Source of the DNA: Laetmonice hystrix
Taxonomy: Eukaryota
NCBI GenBank assembly: GCA_965235115.1
Contig: OZ249436.1
Span: forward strand, 29,204,001-29,268,000
Length of the DNA: 64,000 nucleotides
Reading direction: 5' to 3'
Shown here: one piece after another, positions 37,669-49,528 of the stretch
How the letters are laid out: every line of letters starts with the position of its first letter
Numbering within the stretch: the first letter of the stretch is position 1
Program-made: the position numbers and the translations under genes
The notes under the pieces: generated by a model
Told to the model about the DNA's origin: nothing
The model's database searches: none
What the model saw: only the letters and a program-made list of their open reading frames with translations

Positions 37669-37971
37669 ATTGTTTATTGGCCCTCAGCAGTGGAGCCACC
37701 CGAACATGAGATTGATAAACAGGCCCAAAGGTGGCCGAAAATGGCTTCGGGACGTCATGGACCTAAAACGTGTTCCATGTGTGGCAGAACGTTCCGATTT
37801 CAGTGGATGCTACGGAGGCACTACTCGACACACACGGGCGAGAAAGGCTTTGTGTGCCCTGAATGTGGCATGGCATTTAATCGAAGCGATAGGCTGAAAC
37901 TGCACTACAAAGCTAAGCATCCAACAAAAGCCAGGGCCGAGGAGGCTACACTGAACAAGTCGGATCTTTAG
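37669..37971 (+). CDS. ZF exon 44: terminal exon, C2H2 pair
   Basis: attgttcttgcag|ATT; CSMC..FQWMLRRH-TGEKGF-CPEC..RSDRLKLH. Confidence 0.85.
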   Translation: MVYWPSAVEPPEHEIDKQAQRWPKMASGRHGPKTCSMCGRTFRFQWMLRRHYSTHTGEKGFVCPECGMAFNRSDRLKLHYKAKHPTKARAEEATLNKSDL

Positions 37972-38734
37972 TAGCAAAGCTAATCATATGAGTGTTTCCA
38001 CATGCAAGTCATTTGGTGGATAAAGCTGAGGTCTATGGCGTGTATTTATTACGATCTCTACCCATAAGTATTATTATAAGGTTGTCCTAAATACTACTTG
38101 TCGATCACAAACCAATTGTGCTTTTACATTGAAATGGCTTGTGAGAGTATACTTCAAGAGCAGCAATCGGACTTAAGCAAGGATGTAAAATATTCTGCAA
38201 ATAGAGACTACACATATTTTTAGGTTGTAAATATAAGGTGTTGAGAAAGGAGAACCACAACAGCCTACTATGTCTTCGAGCAAGGACTGGTGCACAGGAG
38301 ACAGATCGATATTTCCGGATTTTACCATGTCACAGAACAAATTGACAGGGAGGTTGATGTTAGGGTGATGTAGTATTGTCAACTGCGTCCGAATGACTTT
38401 AAGGGCGATTGTGAACTGATGACGATTAGACAGATGTCACTTGGATGAGTAGGTCATTCCAGATTCTTCAAATTTGGGTCGCTTGCCTATAGTTCTCGGA
38501 AACCTGGCCGATTTTCTTTCTTTCTGTGTGTTTGTTTGTTTCTAAGAGGTAAATCTTAACCGAGGAGTTGTTTACATCGTGTCAGCCCTCAAAACACAGT
38601 TTGTTGTAATGGATTATCAAAACCTTGTTTCTAAATATAACACAATTTAGATGAAAGATTTCATTTTGTGTAGAATGTCGTTCTCTGCGAGGTTATCTAC
38701 TGACGAGCGAGGCTTAATACTGGTTTACTTGCAG

Positions 38735-39040
38735 ATGGATGTCTACAACCCGGGTGTCATGGCGGCCGCCCCTCGAACTCCCCTCGCAGGCCACCAGCGG
38801 TCGGCGCCATTGGCTACCACTGGCTCACTTACAAACAAACAGTGTACGCTGTGTGGCAAGGTCTTTCGGGATTCTTACCTGCTTAAAAGACACTTCAGAA
38901 GTCACACTGGGGAACGGCCTTTTAAATGTCCCAAGTGCGATAAAGGTTTTGTCCGCAAAGATAACATGCAGTCTCACCTACTGCTTCATGGAATCACCGA
39001 GTCCGGAGTGACTTCGATGTTCTCACAAGACACTGATTAA
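38735..39040 (+). CDS. ZF exon 45: terminal exon, C2H2 pair
   Basis: ggtttacttgcag|ATG; CTLC..DSYLLKRH-TGERPF-CPKC..RKDNMQSH. Confidence 0.85.
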   Translation: MDVYNPGVMAAAPRTPLAGHQRSAPLATTGSLTNKQCTLCGKVFRDSYLLKRHFRSHTGERPFKCPKCDKGFVRKDNMQSHLLLHGITESGVTSMFSQDTD

Positions 39041-39169
39041 AGATCAGTTCATTGGGCCATGAACGGACCCCATGAATTGCCCCCCCCCCCCCCCCCCCCC
39101 GAACAACGGGTGGATGAACATGGATGTATTTCAAGTTTACGATTGACCTTATCTTCTGTGTTCTTCCAG

Positions 39170-39436
39170 ATGCCTGTGTGGGATCAGAACCCTGGCCCCT
39201 CCTCAGTGGGCCGTGCTGGCGGCCGATCGGCTCGGATAAAGGAGTATAAAACGCGATTTACGTGCTCAGTGTGTGGGATCAGTTTTCGCGATTCTTACTG
39301 CCTTGAGCGACACGTGCGGTGCCACACGGGGGAGAGACCGTTTGGCTGTTCAGAGTGTGAAAAGACATACAAACGATCAGACCATTTGATTGCTCATATG
39401 GCCAGGATCCATGGCAAAACTAAATCTGCTCGGTGA
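39170..39436 (+). CDS. ZF exon 46: terminal exon, C2H2 pair
   Basis: ctgtgttcttccag|ATG; CSVC..DSYCLERH-TGERPF-CSEC..RSDHLIAH. Confidence 0.85.
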   Translation: MPVWDQNPGPSSVGRAGGRSARIKEYKTRFTCSVCGISFRDSYCLERHVRCHTGERPFGCSECEKTYKRSDHLIAHMARIHGKTKSAR

Positions 39437-40353
39437 TTGACAAGTATCTGTGGGTACTTCAGAAAGTCCGCAATATCATAGAGGTGGGACTTATGCCTGC
39501 CCACCCTGGCGCATTGTAGTGCATGGCTCTTTTGGTTCAGAAGCAGGTTGCTGATAATCTAGACACAAGAAATAAAATGTTCAATGATAAACAGTATCTT
39601 TTATGTACAAAACAGTAGTGTACATTTGTAGTTTGAAATTTCAGTGATTCCCGAAACCGTGGCACTCCTTCACCGAAAACAATTTTACTTGCACATCAGT
39701 AGACTTGAGAATCCGTAATAAACTTCAAGATTGTAAACAATATATCTCCTGCTTTCCTTTACATGAAAATCGACTGACAGATTGGGACTTGAATTTCTCT
39801 GAATTCAGTCTTGTGTGTTGACACTGAGAAAACGTAGTCTGGGTGGCCTGGAGGTGACGACGAGGAGGTTGAAGATTGTGATATCGATATGTGGCAGCCT
39901 TCTAGGTCTGGTTCATGTGATATAGGAAATATTGTGGTTGCAGGAACAACTGATGTTAGAGGTTACTGGTTGTGTTGCCTGTGGTGAGAATTTTTGTAAG
40001 GAGCATTACACATGAACCTCATCGATGGAAGCAGTTATTACGCTACCTTGAAATATCCATCTTTGGATCCAGCATTGGGTTTGGATAGGAATGTGACATG
40101 TTTATCGATATCATTCCGTATGGCAGAGGTTCTTGAGTTATGTCGACGCAACGAGATCATTTTTCTCACCTACCCTTTTCCCCTGGGGGCCCCATACAGA
40201 GATTCTTGTATCATGCGAGGTTCCCTTTCATCATAGGGACCTGTCGATGACAATCTAACCCCAAACACACGCAGGAACCCCGCCGAGGACACCAATTGCT
40301 GATTATCGCTTGCAGAATGATCTGAAGTTAATGATTCTTCTGTGTTCTTCCAG

Positions 40354-40641
40354 ATCCCCGCATGGGATAACGATGCTATCCCTGCAGCTGTGGGGAGGTC
40401 CACTCACGCGCTTGGCCAGAGAGTTTGGGCAGGTTCATCGAAACCTCAGTTCTTTTGCACTGTCTGTGGAAAGTCGTTCCGAGATAGTTATCATCTAACG
40501 AGACACATGAGGAAACACACAGGGGAGAGGCCGTACGTCTGCTCGCTGTGTAAAAGAACCTTTACCAGGAAGGAATACCTAGCATCTCATGTATCGGGAG
40601 TGCATTCGGTTCCCACTGGTCCCTCGTCGAACATAAAGTGA
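40354..40641 (+). CDS. ZF exon 47: terminal exon, C2H2 pair
   Basis: ctgtgttcttccag|ATC; CTVC..DSYHLTRH-TGERPY-CSLC..RKEYLASH. Confidence 0.85.
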   Translation: MPAWDNDAIPAAVGRSTHALGQRVWAGSSKPQFFCTVCGKSFRDSYHLTRHMRKHTGERPYVCSLCKRTFTRKEYLASHVSGVHSVPTGPSSNIK

Positions 40642-42649
40642 CATTTTTTGTAGCTTAACTGGAGAGAATATGAGAAAGGTGGCACTGGTAAGGTGGAAGG
40701 TTACGCAGCCGTTATGGGCAGCTGTGTGTGTGTGGAGTTGTTACTGGCTGGAGTTTGTGGGGAGCTCTACTTGAATACCGCAGGCAAGGTCGGGCCTTTT
40801 TCTTTTCTTTTCGTTTCTCCGTGCGTTTTTCCCGGGTTGCCGGAACGTCCGCCACCTTGGGAGGTGGGGCCTATGCTGTTTCCCAGTCATTTAGATGGAT
40901 GTTAATTTTTATTAGGTTATTCGCTGCTCTTCTTAGTACTTTTATGTTGTTTGAGAATAATTGTGTGGTCAGGGTTTTCGTACTGCCGTCCCGGGGCATT
41001 CCTCCATTACGTGTTGTTGGGTCTCATCCTCATGGCCACACACCCTACATTGGATATTTATATATTTGTTTTTATAGTTGGCATTGGTTTTCATCATTCT
41101 CGTCCTTGCCATGAATAGTGCACTTGCTTGGTTCCTTGGTAGTTTCTGTAGGTATTCCGGAATATTCTTTTCCTCTTTGTTTTTGTTCGTTATTAGGAAT
41201 GTGTATTTGGATTTGTGTTGTCCTTCCGTTCTTGTTTTCTCCTGCCGTACGTATTCAAGCGAAGTTCGTGGTTTTAACCTGTAGTGATAATCTCGAATGT
41301 TTGATTTAAACAGTGTGGAGACATAATTTCTGTGGATATAAGTATTGATACTGTTCCTCTTTAGGTTCCAGTGCTATCCCGAAGGGAAGCACTCAGGATA
41401 AGTTAAATAACTCATGACCGAAAATGGATACAGTGCCCATTCTTGGAAATGTATTTCCTTCGTCATGGATGGGTTACTACGATGTAAAATATACTAATTA
41501 GAGAAGACGTTTCACCATGCAGTTACATGGTATACACACCATGACAGGATAAACATGCAGAGTGTGCATATAAGTTCACGGTAAATAGTTCAAGGCCGAA
41601 AACCTATACACCGTGACGATACTTTGTCATTTATTTTCCCTTGTCATGGTTCGCCAGTGGCCTATTTATATTCACACAGACAGAGACTGTTACAGGTTTA
41701 TTACGACGCTAGAGTGCAGCCAAGTGTGTTATAGACATGTAACTATCATACCAGAGTGGGTTTACCAGGGGTTTTCCCAAAACGGAATGATGAACACAGA
41801 ATCGTGACCAGGTAACTATTACACAGCTCTCCAACGATCATCTCATAATACTGGACCGTTTGAACCAAAACAAGCATCGGTCCAGGCTGGGTTCTTGTGC
41901 ACGAAGGGGCAGGTTCTTACAGAAAACACGGTTATATATAGGCCACGTATGCCAAATGCAACATGCCGGAAACTAAAATAGCATCTTGTATACGCATTGT
42001 GAAAAAGTAAGTAAACTGTCAATAAATCTGTTCGCAATTCGAAGGAGGATGATCAAAATGAAGAAGATGATTACATATACTGTGAAATTTTAATGATGTT
42101 AAGAAATAAATGTTTATTAACCTTGACTTTAATTATGGAGGTCTACATTTTTGTCGCTTATAGAACTATTAGGTATCATTGCCTGACATATTAAACGGGA
42201 CTTGAATATTGATGACAAAGATCAGGGACACAGGGGGGAATTCAGTTTGAAGTCAGCGGTTAGGATTGCCCTGGGCCTCGAGTGGGACGGGTGGAGAAAC
42301 CAATGGGTAAGGACAGGGTGACCGTAAGAGGGCACGCATCAGGCAAATATTAACATATCCGTCGTTCCCGGCAGAAAGACCACCAGCTTTTGTTAGCCCG
42401 ATCGAAGCTTTAAACGTCAAAATATATCCATTTAGAAGCCTGTTCGGAAACCAATAAAAAAACGTCTTCGTTGTTGCTTTGTGTTACTTTTACGATACGC
42501 ATAAATTTCGTATGAAAAAAGAAAACCTCGCATAACACGGAAAACATTACTCTTACTCAAGTGGATTTCGTTGAAGGAGAATGTAAACATTGGCATTGGT
42601 AGGCGCCACTTTGATTTGCCCCACCCCAAATAATTCAGCGACTCTAACG

Positions 42650-43020
42650 CAATAGTTACTGTTATCAACAGATAGGAAGTCATATATGAAGTTTCATTTA
42701 GCGCCATTTTCCATGACCTTGAGTGACCTTGAAAGGTCAATCAAGGTCGTGCATATTTTTATTGGCCTGTACCTCCAAGCCAGTTGAAGATAATATCTAA
42801 TATTGCATGGAATATTACATAATAACCAGAGACAGTCTAAGGAGGACACAGGTCAAACATATCATTAAAAATGGCCGCTTGGTGGCCATCTTGGATATAA
42901 AGAAATTTGAAGCAATAACTCCGACAACATTTTCTGGATTTCGTTCTTGGTGACAGAAGACATATATATGAGGGGCAACAAGCATGCCAAAAGTATGCAT
43001 AGTTTCTGGACGCACAGTTA
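42650..43020 (+). mobile_element. Fragment related to the internal repeat of the 25598-27657 element
   Basis: gataggaagtcatatatgaagtttcattt..gaccttgaaaggtcaatcaaggtc..aaaatggccgcttggtggccatcttgga closely matches ~26980-27320. Confidence 0.7.
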
Positions 43021-45003
43021 AAGCAACGAAAAATAATTATATCACATAGGGCTGCACTGGTAGTCTAGACCAATCCTATACCTTGCACCTTGGACCTCTT
43101 AAAAAAATCAGAAAAAAATGATCAAAAAAGTAATCGTTAAAAATCCACCGCTACTCCTCAGCGGCCCTTCTCTGCCATCTTGTGCCAAGAACATGGGCTT
43201 CCCCACTTGGCAAATGACGTCACTTGTGCGTATCCCATTCCATGTGGCAGGACAAGGTGTCCAAGCAGTGACGCGGCAGCAGCAGCGACCGAGAGCCGCC
43301 AACATAGTTATTTATAGCGCTGGTCTTCGACAGCCGACAGCCACACCCTGGCATGTTGACTCAGTCGACAGTCCCTACCAGGGACGGATCCAGAGACAAG
43401 GCCTGACTGTAGCTCAGGACTGACAGTCTCAGACTGCAGCTGAGGGTGACGGTCAGCCGCGAACAGCCCCCAAAGCAATGCTGGGGTGGGGGCTGACTGC
43501 GTGTCGCTCAAGCTGCCTGAGCGACAGTCTAGATCCGCCACTGCCTACTACCTCGTCTGTAGGCCTACACATTATTACGAACCTCTCCCTGTCTCGACCC
43601 CACTAGACTCCAGTACTGTTAAAACTTGGACTAAAGTCGACTTGTAAAGTTGTATAGGAGGCCTGTAGACGCGTATGAAGGATACCAAGTTTTACCCTGA
43701 ATGAATGGCAGCAGACTTAGTGACGTCATTAGTCCTGGAATTCCGCTCTTTTTTGATTGGTTAATACGATGGGCGTGGCAAAAATGGCGGTCTACTCCAA
43801 TATTCGGGCCTTCTATAGAGCATACCTCTTTCTATTATCGAATTCTCTATTCTGAACAGCCTATTGGGTTCAATTTTGGGCTGGAAAGAAGCTTTAAGGT
43901 AAGAAGCACATGTACAGACAGCTGAAAAGCTAATATTTTGCCTTTCTTTAATATAGTCCCTACTCAGCTGCTGGGGCTGTGACTCCGACGGTGTCTTGTT
44001 TTAAAGAGGCAGGCAAGATTCCTTTGAACACCAGCAATACCATGAGAAGTGTCTAAGGTCGCGCCGATAAGTGGAACACTGTCTAAGGCGACTTTTAAAA
44101 ATACCGTATGGGTCATTCACTGGTTTCATGGGACTCTCACTCACTCACTACGACTGCACTACTGACTGTGTACTCTTACCGGTGACAGCAGACACCTTTT
44201 TCTCTCTCTTGACACCCTTATTGGGGCATGTTAACAAATACAGAGTTTGTGTGCGGCTATCGTTTGCAACCCTCTCTGAAATCGTCAATGAATCTGTTGC
44301 CATCATGGACATGTTTCTGGTAAAAGTAGAATCGCGGCGGTACTTGAATAGCGGCAGTCTGGCTGGGAATCTGCGTGGTTCGTTCCGCCTGGCGGCCACA
44401 TAACAATTCGTGGACAAGTAGGGCAGACAAGCAGACGAAGCCAGCGGGAGAATGTCTAGCTACATTTCAGTTGACTATTTATTAAAGATCAGACCATCAC
44501 ATGATTGTAGGTAGGAACAAGCTTGTTCATGCTGAACACCCTTATATTGATAGTTTGAACTTTTCGGTGACCTTTAACGTAAAGCGGTATATAAGATACC
44601 ACGCGAGTCAAGTTCAGGTGCTGTGGAAGTTTCTTGGGTGGACGAGACAGGATGGGCTGGCGATGTCAACTTGACATGTCAGGGTCAGGTCCCCTCCCCC
44701 ACTTCACCGACACTATGTATCTGTGATATGAAAAGTCCTAGACATGTCCTTCCCTTACTGCTACTTTTGTTGATTTTGATCTAATTACTGCCTTTATCCA
44801 CAAGTTTCTGAACCGCACAAGCAAAATGAGGGGAGGAATCACATGTACACAAAGGTCCAGTCACATTCACAAGATCGGCCTAGAGAGATCTATGCATGGT
44901 CTACAGGCCATGTCTGTCCATCCCCCGGTTCAACGCCCGTTCGTATACTCTAATCGGATCGGCGGTGTCGACCCTCTCAGTTGATGCACCTTTTTGTTTT
45001 CAG

Positions 45004-45267
45004 GGGGCGCTTCAAATGCGACGTCGGTACTTCGGCTCGGCGCCAGGTGACAGCCGGAAGGAATGCCATACATGCCAGATCTGCGGGCGGTTGATGGCAG
45101 ACAGGGCCAAACTGAAGCGCCACCTGTTAACACACACAGGAGACAAACCGTACATCTGTCCAAGGTGTGGCCGCGGGTTTTCGCAAAAGTGCAACATGGA
45201 ACGTCACCACCAACGAATGTTGTGCACGGACCCTGATCCGAAGACTTCCGCGAGCGACATCCCTTAG
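45004..45267 (+). CDS. ZF exon 48: terminal exon, C2H2 + C2HC-like finger
   Basis: tttttgttttcag|GGG; CQIC..DRAKLKRH-TGDKPY-CPRC..QKCNMERHHQRMLC. Confidence 0.85.
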   Translation, partial: GALQMRRRYFGSAPGDSRKECHTCQICGRLMADRAKLKRHLLTHTGDKPYICPRCGRGFSQKCNMERHHQRMLCTDPDPKTSASDIP

Positions 45268-45334
45268 AGTTAGAATATAGGCATTACAATCGGTCTTCTG
45301 GACATGACTGATGGCTGCATCTTTGTACTTTCAG

Positions 45335-45592
45335 ATGGTCACACCACTTGGCCAGACGGACAACACCTTTGAGCAGCCTCGAACTGGCAGTAGTATGGGG
45401 CGAGCTCCGGGTCATACTGGATTCACATGTACGACGTGTGGTCAGAAGTTTGCCTATCTGTCGTACTTGAAAAGACACATAGTGCAACATACCGGAGAAA
45501 AACCATTCGTGTGCCATGTGTGTTCCCAGGGTTTCACCCGAAAATCTACTCTGGCGAAGCACATGAAATTTCACTATACGCCCACTCCTTAA
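45335..45592 (+). CDS. ZF exon 49: terminal exon, C2H2 pair
   Basis: ctttgtactttcag|[33 protein letters not shown]. Confidence 0.85.
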   Translation: MVTPLGQTDNTFEQPRTGSSMGRAPGHTGFTCTTCGQKFAYLSYLKRHIVQHTGEKPFVCHVCSQGFTRKSTLAKHMKFHYTPTP

Positions 45593-45805
45593 ATTAATGA
45601 CGGCGAAGTTACCATAAAACTAGCTGTTTCAATGATCTGCCACCCGACGCGGCGTATAGAACACATGTTGGAGGGAACCAACAACTTTTTTGACCCGTTT
45701 TCACTCAGAGGGCTGTTAACAAGGAGCAAACGTGATGCCGTCTCGACTCTACCATGTGACCAACTTTGAACCGTCGCTTACTGTCATGGCCGTTTGTGTT
45801 TGCAG

Positions 45806-46027
45806 GGGACGGACCAGCTGCGAACGACCACCAGCAGTGACAGAGGTGATACGTCAAAGAAAGGATCTCAGTGTAAGATCTGTGGTCGCATAATTGTCAC
45901 TAAACTGAAGCGCCACCTGCTAACACACACTGGAGACAAACCGTACACCTGCCAAATGTGTGGCCGGGGGTTTTCGCAAAAATGTAACATGGACCGACAC
46001 CAGCAACTGTGTGGACGTCGTCAGTGA
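45806..46027 (+). CDS. ZF exon 50: terminal exon, shortened C2H2 + C2HC finger
   Basis: gtttgtgtttgcag|GGG; CKICGRIIVTKLKRHLLTH-TGDKPY-CQMC..QKCNMDRHQQLC. Confidence 0.8.
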   Translation, partial: GTDQLRTTTSSDRGDTSKKGSQCKICGRIIVTKLKRHLLTHTGDKPYTCQMCGRGFSQKCNMDRHQQLCGRRQ

Positions 46028-46514
46028 GTGACTGGTGGATCTTTGTGTCTTTGACGACCACAGGAGTACGGCTTCTTCAGGCTCGTTTATGAAACTAGAA
46101 AGTGCCCTACACTTTCAGAGGATTTGTGATGTCGTTTGCTTTCGTTGACTGCGGGCTTTACTAATTGTTTTACTCACGCTCGGAGGTCAGGGGCTGAGGT
46201 ATTGTCAAGGGTTTCAAACTATATATCTGTCAAACCAAACAAGGTTAATTCTATTGTTAGCACTGGCATGTCAATAATACATATTTCAAATTAATACATC
46301 TGTTCTGATTCTCGACGAAAGTTTCTTAAAAATATGTAGATCTAGGTCGTAATTGTGAAGAAGTTGAGGTCAGACTCGGTGTGTGCAGAGAACGGCCACT
46401 TACTGGCACACGTGAACTACAACAACTATCGAGTGACGTGTTTTATCTGTCGTCCTGGATCTTCATCAGTATGTACGTGACCAGGCATACAATCTACGTC
46501 TCTCAATCCCCACC

Positions 46515-46839
46515 AGGCACGTAGCTTCCATTAGGCAATGTAGGCACGTGCCTACACATTTCCCCCCAGAAATGAAAAGATATAAATAAAAATATAAAAC
46601 AAACAATAAGATGAGATGGCGGTTATTATGTCTAGGGTATGTGTAAAATTAAATTTAAAGTAGATTCTATAGCGTACCGGAATTTCCTTTTCCTAAACGC
46701 GAGTTCCTTACTCCGAACGCTGGCGTTTTTATTGAGCCTCAAAGTCCTACCTGGATTGACAGTCATGTGCCAACACAGACTGCCCCAGAGCCCCATGTAA
46801 AAAGTGCCGACACATTTATTTCAGCCAAGCTACGCCCCT
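46515..46839. mobile_element. Probable MITE
   Basis: Imperfect inverted ends caggcacgtagct / agctacgcccctg; no clear target duplication. Confidence 0.35.
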
Positions 46840-47548
46840 GCCCATTGACAAAGAAAGGAAGACCCTCCTGGCGAGGAGAAACACTTTGAAATTCTGCTGA
46901 TCTTATCTACTTACCATTGTATATGATGTGAAAATAAACGATATTTAAAATAAAATAACATTATGATCGACAGTTGTATACCTGTACTCAGTTCAAACTG
47001 TCCAAAGAATTCAGCATGGGATATTACCCAGGTTACTTTGGATGGGGTCAGTCGCAGTGTCCGTTCAAATGCTCCGATATATTTCAAAAGGCGTACGTTA
47101 CAGCGAGTTGCCGACTTTCTTTTTTCATCACCCCCCTTGGTTTTCTTTAGGGGATGGCAAAACACGTGTCTGTTGGTACGCTCGTCCATTCGTATCCATA
47201 CCATACAAAATGAACAACTCTATAGAGGCTCTGACTCTTCGGCTTCTTTTGTCCAGTAAAGTAGAACACTCCTCCGGCATCCTAGAGATTGCTTTACAAT
47301 TTTTGTTATGGCCGTATTGGTTTTGCTGATAATGGTGCAATTTTCCCTGTCTTGCAGCGTACAGAAGTATTACTCTTTTGCTCATAATATTATGTACGAT
47401 GGTGTCTGCATTTACAGGTAAACCAGCACACACTTTTTATTGGTGTGTGTGTGGGGGGGGGGGGGAGGGGGGATCGGCCCTAGAACTAGATTATCCGGTT
47501 GAACGCTCTGTAACTAAGTGAATAAGTTGCATTCCTTCTCTATTACAG

Positions 47549-47842
47549 ATCTGTGGGAACTTTACCCAAGGTTCTCAGTCGGAACCTGCTGGACTGGGTT
47601 CACAGCATCAGTCAGTTCAAGGGTCAGGAAGAATCGTACACTCAGGAGGCTCACTGATAACCAAGCAGGCGCCGATTGTTTGCAAGGTCTGCAGTAGGGT
47701 CTGTAGGTGTCCCTCACAACTGAAGGTCCATCTCCGCTCTCACACAGGCGACCGTCCTCATGTTTGTCCAATTTGTGGCCGATCGTTCACTCAGATTGGG
47801 AATATGTCGCGTCATCTTAAACAACTGCATCATGCAAATTAA
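47549..47842 (+). CDS. ZF exon 51: terminal exon, C2H2 pair (not in ORF track)
   Basis: ttctctattacag|ATC; ICGNFTQGSQSEPAGLGSQHQSVQGSGRIVHSGGSLITKQAPIVCKVCSRVCRCPSQLKVHLRSHTGDRPHVCPICGRSFTQIGNMSRHLKQLHHAN*. Confidence 0.85.
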   Translation: MCGNFTQGSQSEPAGLGSQHQSVQGSGRIVHSGGSLITKQAPIVCKVCSRVCRCPSQLKVHLRSHTGDRPHVCPICGRSFTQIGNMSRHLKQLHHAN

Positions 47843-48913
47843 TTCATGGATATATTCAAGAGAGGAAAGAAGAAATCGTTTGCTGTGACAGGGCTTTCAA
47901 AATAAGCCGGCGGCCGGATCCGGGCAACCGGCGCAGGTTACTTTAACGGAATCCCTGGCATGCATGGATTGTGATGGCGCCTATACTTTAACCGAATCCC
48001 CGCCTACTCAAAAAACAGTGATCTTATTCGTTCGTTTTTGTACTTAGTTGACAAGTTGTGCTGTACTTTGCCGAATGTGGATGATTAGTATTCGCGGAAT
48101 GTAATACACAGAATCGGACATTATGTACGTGGAGAACCCGCCATTCCTCAATTGCGTTTCTATTAAAACAAGTTAAGCATTAAACTTTGTTGCAGACACC
48201 ACTATAATTGTATGGCGTCGAGTAATTTTACCACTCATGTCTAATGAACTTTGTATATGTTTTTAGATTAGATACAGCGTTAGATATTTACGCCCAGCTA
48301 GTAATATAGATATTGGCCAAGTTCAGTGTGTGCAAACTCCTTGAATTCTCTTCATTCCTTCACTCAGGAGATTTTTCATCATCAGGAGACCTACATTCAC
48401 CGGTGGACATCAGTGTTTCTCAAAGTGGTTATGCCTTCCTTTTATCATGCATTGAATTAAGGGAAAAAAGGTTTGTCTGCGAGGGTGTGTCCTTGGCTTC
48501 TGGCATCACCTAAAGTATTGGGTGAAAGTAGCAGTGGGGGATCCATGACTTTGATAAGGGGGGCACCCAAAATATTTTTAGCTTCGCTACGCCCTACGAT
48601 TGTGCCTGTATTACGCACACAAAATAATTGCTATTAAATGTTTTATTTTATTCAAATACTATATATATATATATTATTCAAATATAGTAACATCTTCATA
48701 AAAAAAGAAAGAAAACCTCAGGGGGACCCTGCCCCCCCCCTGCATGGAGTCCCGGGGAATAGTGATATCAGTTGGGCAGCGTGTATTACCTTCGTGTCAT
48801 CAGGAGGCAGACGATCGATCAAGATGAGCCGTAATTTGATGAGAAGATTTGTTTTTCGGTCTCTTTCAGACCTTCTTGACCGTGAAATATATATCTCGAC
48901 CGTTATCTTGCAG

Positions 48914-49111
48914 CAGCCCGTGGCTGGGAGCTCGCCGAGCGGCCGCTTCGCATGCCCCACGTGCGGTAAGGTGTACTTCTTTCGCTCCAAACTGGAGGCT
49001 CATCTGATCACCCACACCGGCGAACGACCATACATCTGTCCAATCTGCGGCGCTGGCTTCAGTCAGTCTGGCTCCATGCGGCGGCATATCAAGACGACAC
49101 ACACCAAGTGA
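48914..49111 (+). CDS. ZF exon 52: last terminal exon of the array, C2H2 pair
   Basis: cgttatcttgcag|CAG (tandem CAGCAG acceptor); CPTC..FRSKLEAH-TGERPY-CPIC..QSGSMRRH; ATTAAA at 49161. Confidence 0.8.
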   Translation, partial: QPVAGSSPSGRFACPTCGKVYFFRSKLEAHLITHTGERPYICPICGAGFSQSGSMRRHIKTTHTK

Positions 49112-49528
49112 TATACAATATATACGGCCATATTACAACCCGTACGGCACTCCCATTCCCATTAAACTTCGACTTGGTATCTACTGAATACTGTAAATCA
49201 CTTTAATTTGGCGTTTTTTTTCATTTTGGGCTGGTTTCGCGTTTCTTAAATTCGCGTTTAGGCAATTGGCATCCCCATCTAAAAGTAAAGACGTATTAAA
49301 TTCAAAAGTTTTACTTCCCCCACCACGCAAATACAGCAAGAGCTAGTAAGCAACTGCCAAGTTAAAGAAGGTAATGAAGTGTTGTTTTGTTTTGTAATTA
49401 TCCCATTTCCCTGACGGGGAAATGGGATTTTGATTTTGTATGGTTTCGTCTACACTATTATTATTATCCCATTTCCCTGACGGGGAAATGGGATTTTGAT
49501 TTTGTATGGTTTCGTCTACACTATTATT

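Noticed and set aside
40130..40236. Possible decayed cassette (RDSCIMR resembles RDSY.L.R of exons 45-47)
   Set aside because: No Cys pair, linker or acceptor; similarity too weak.
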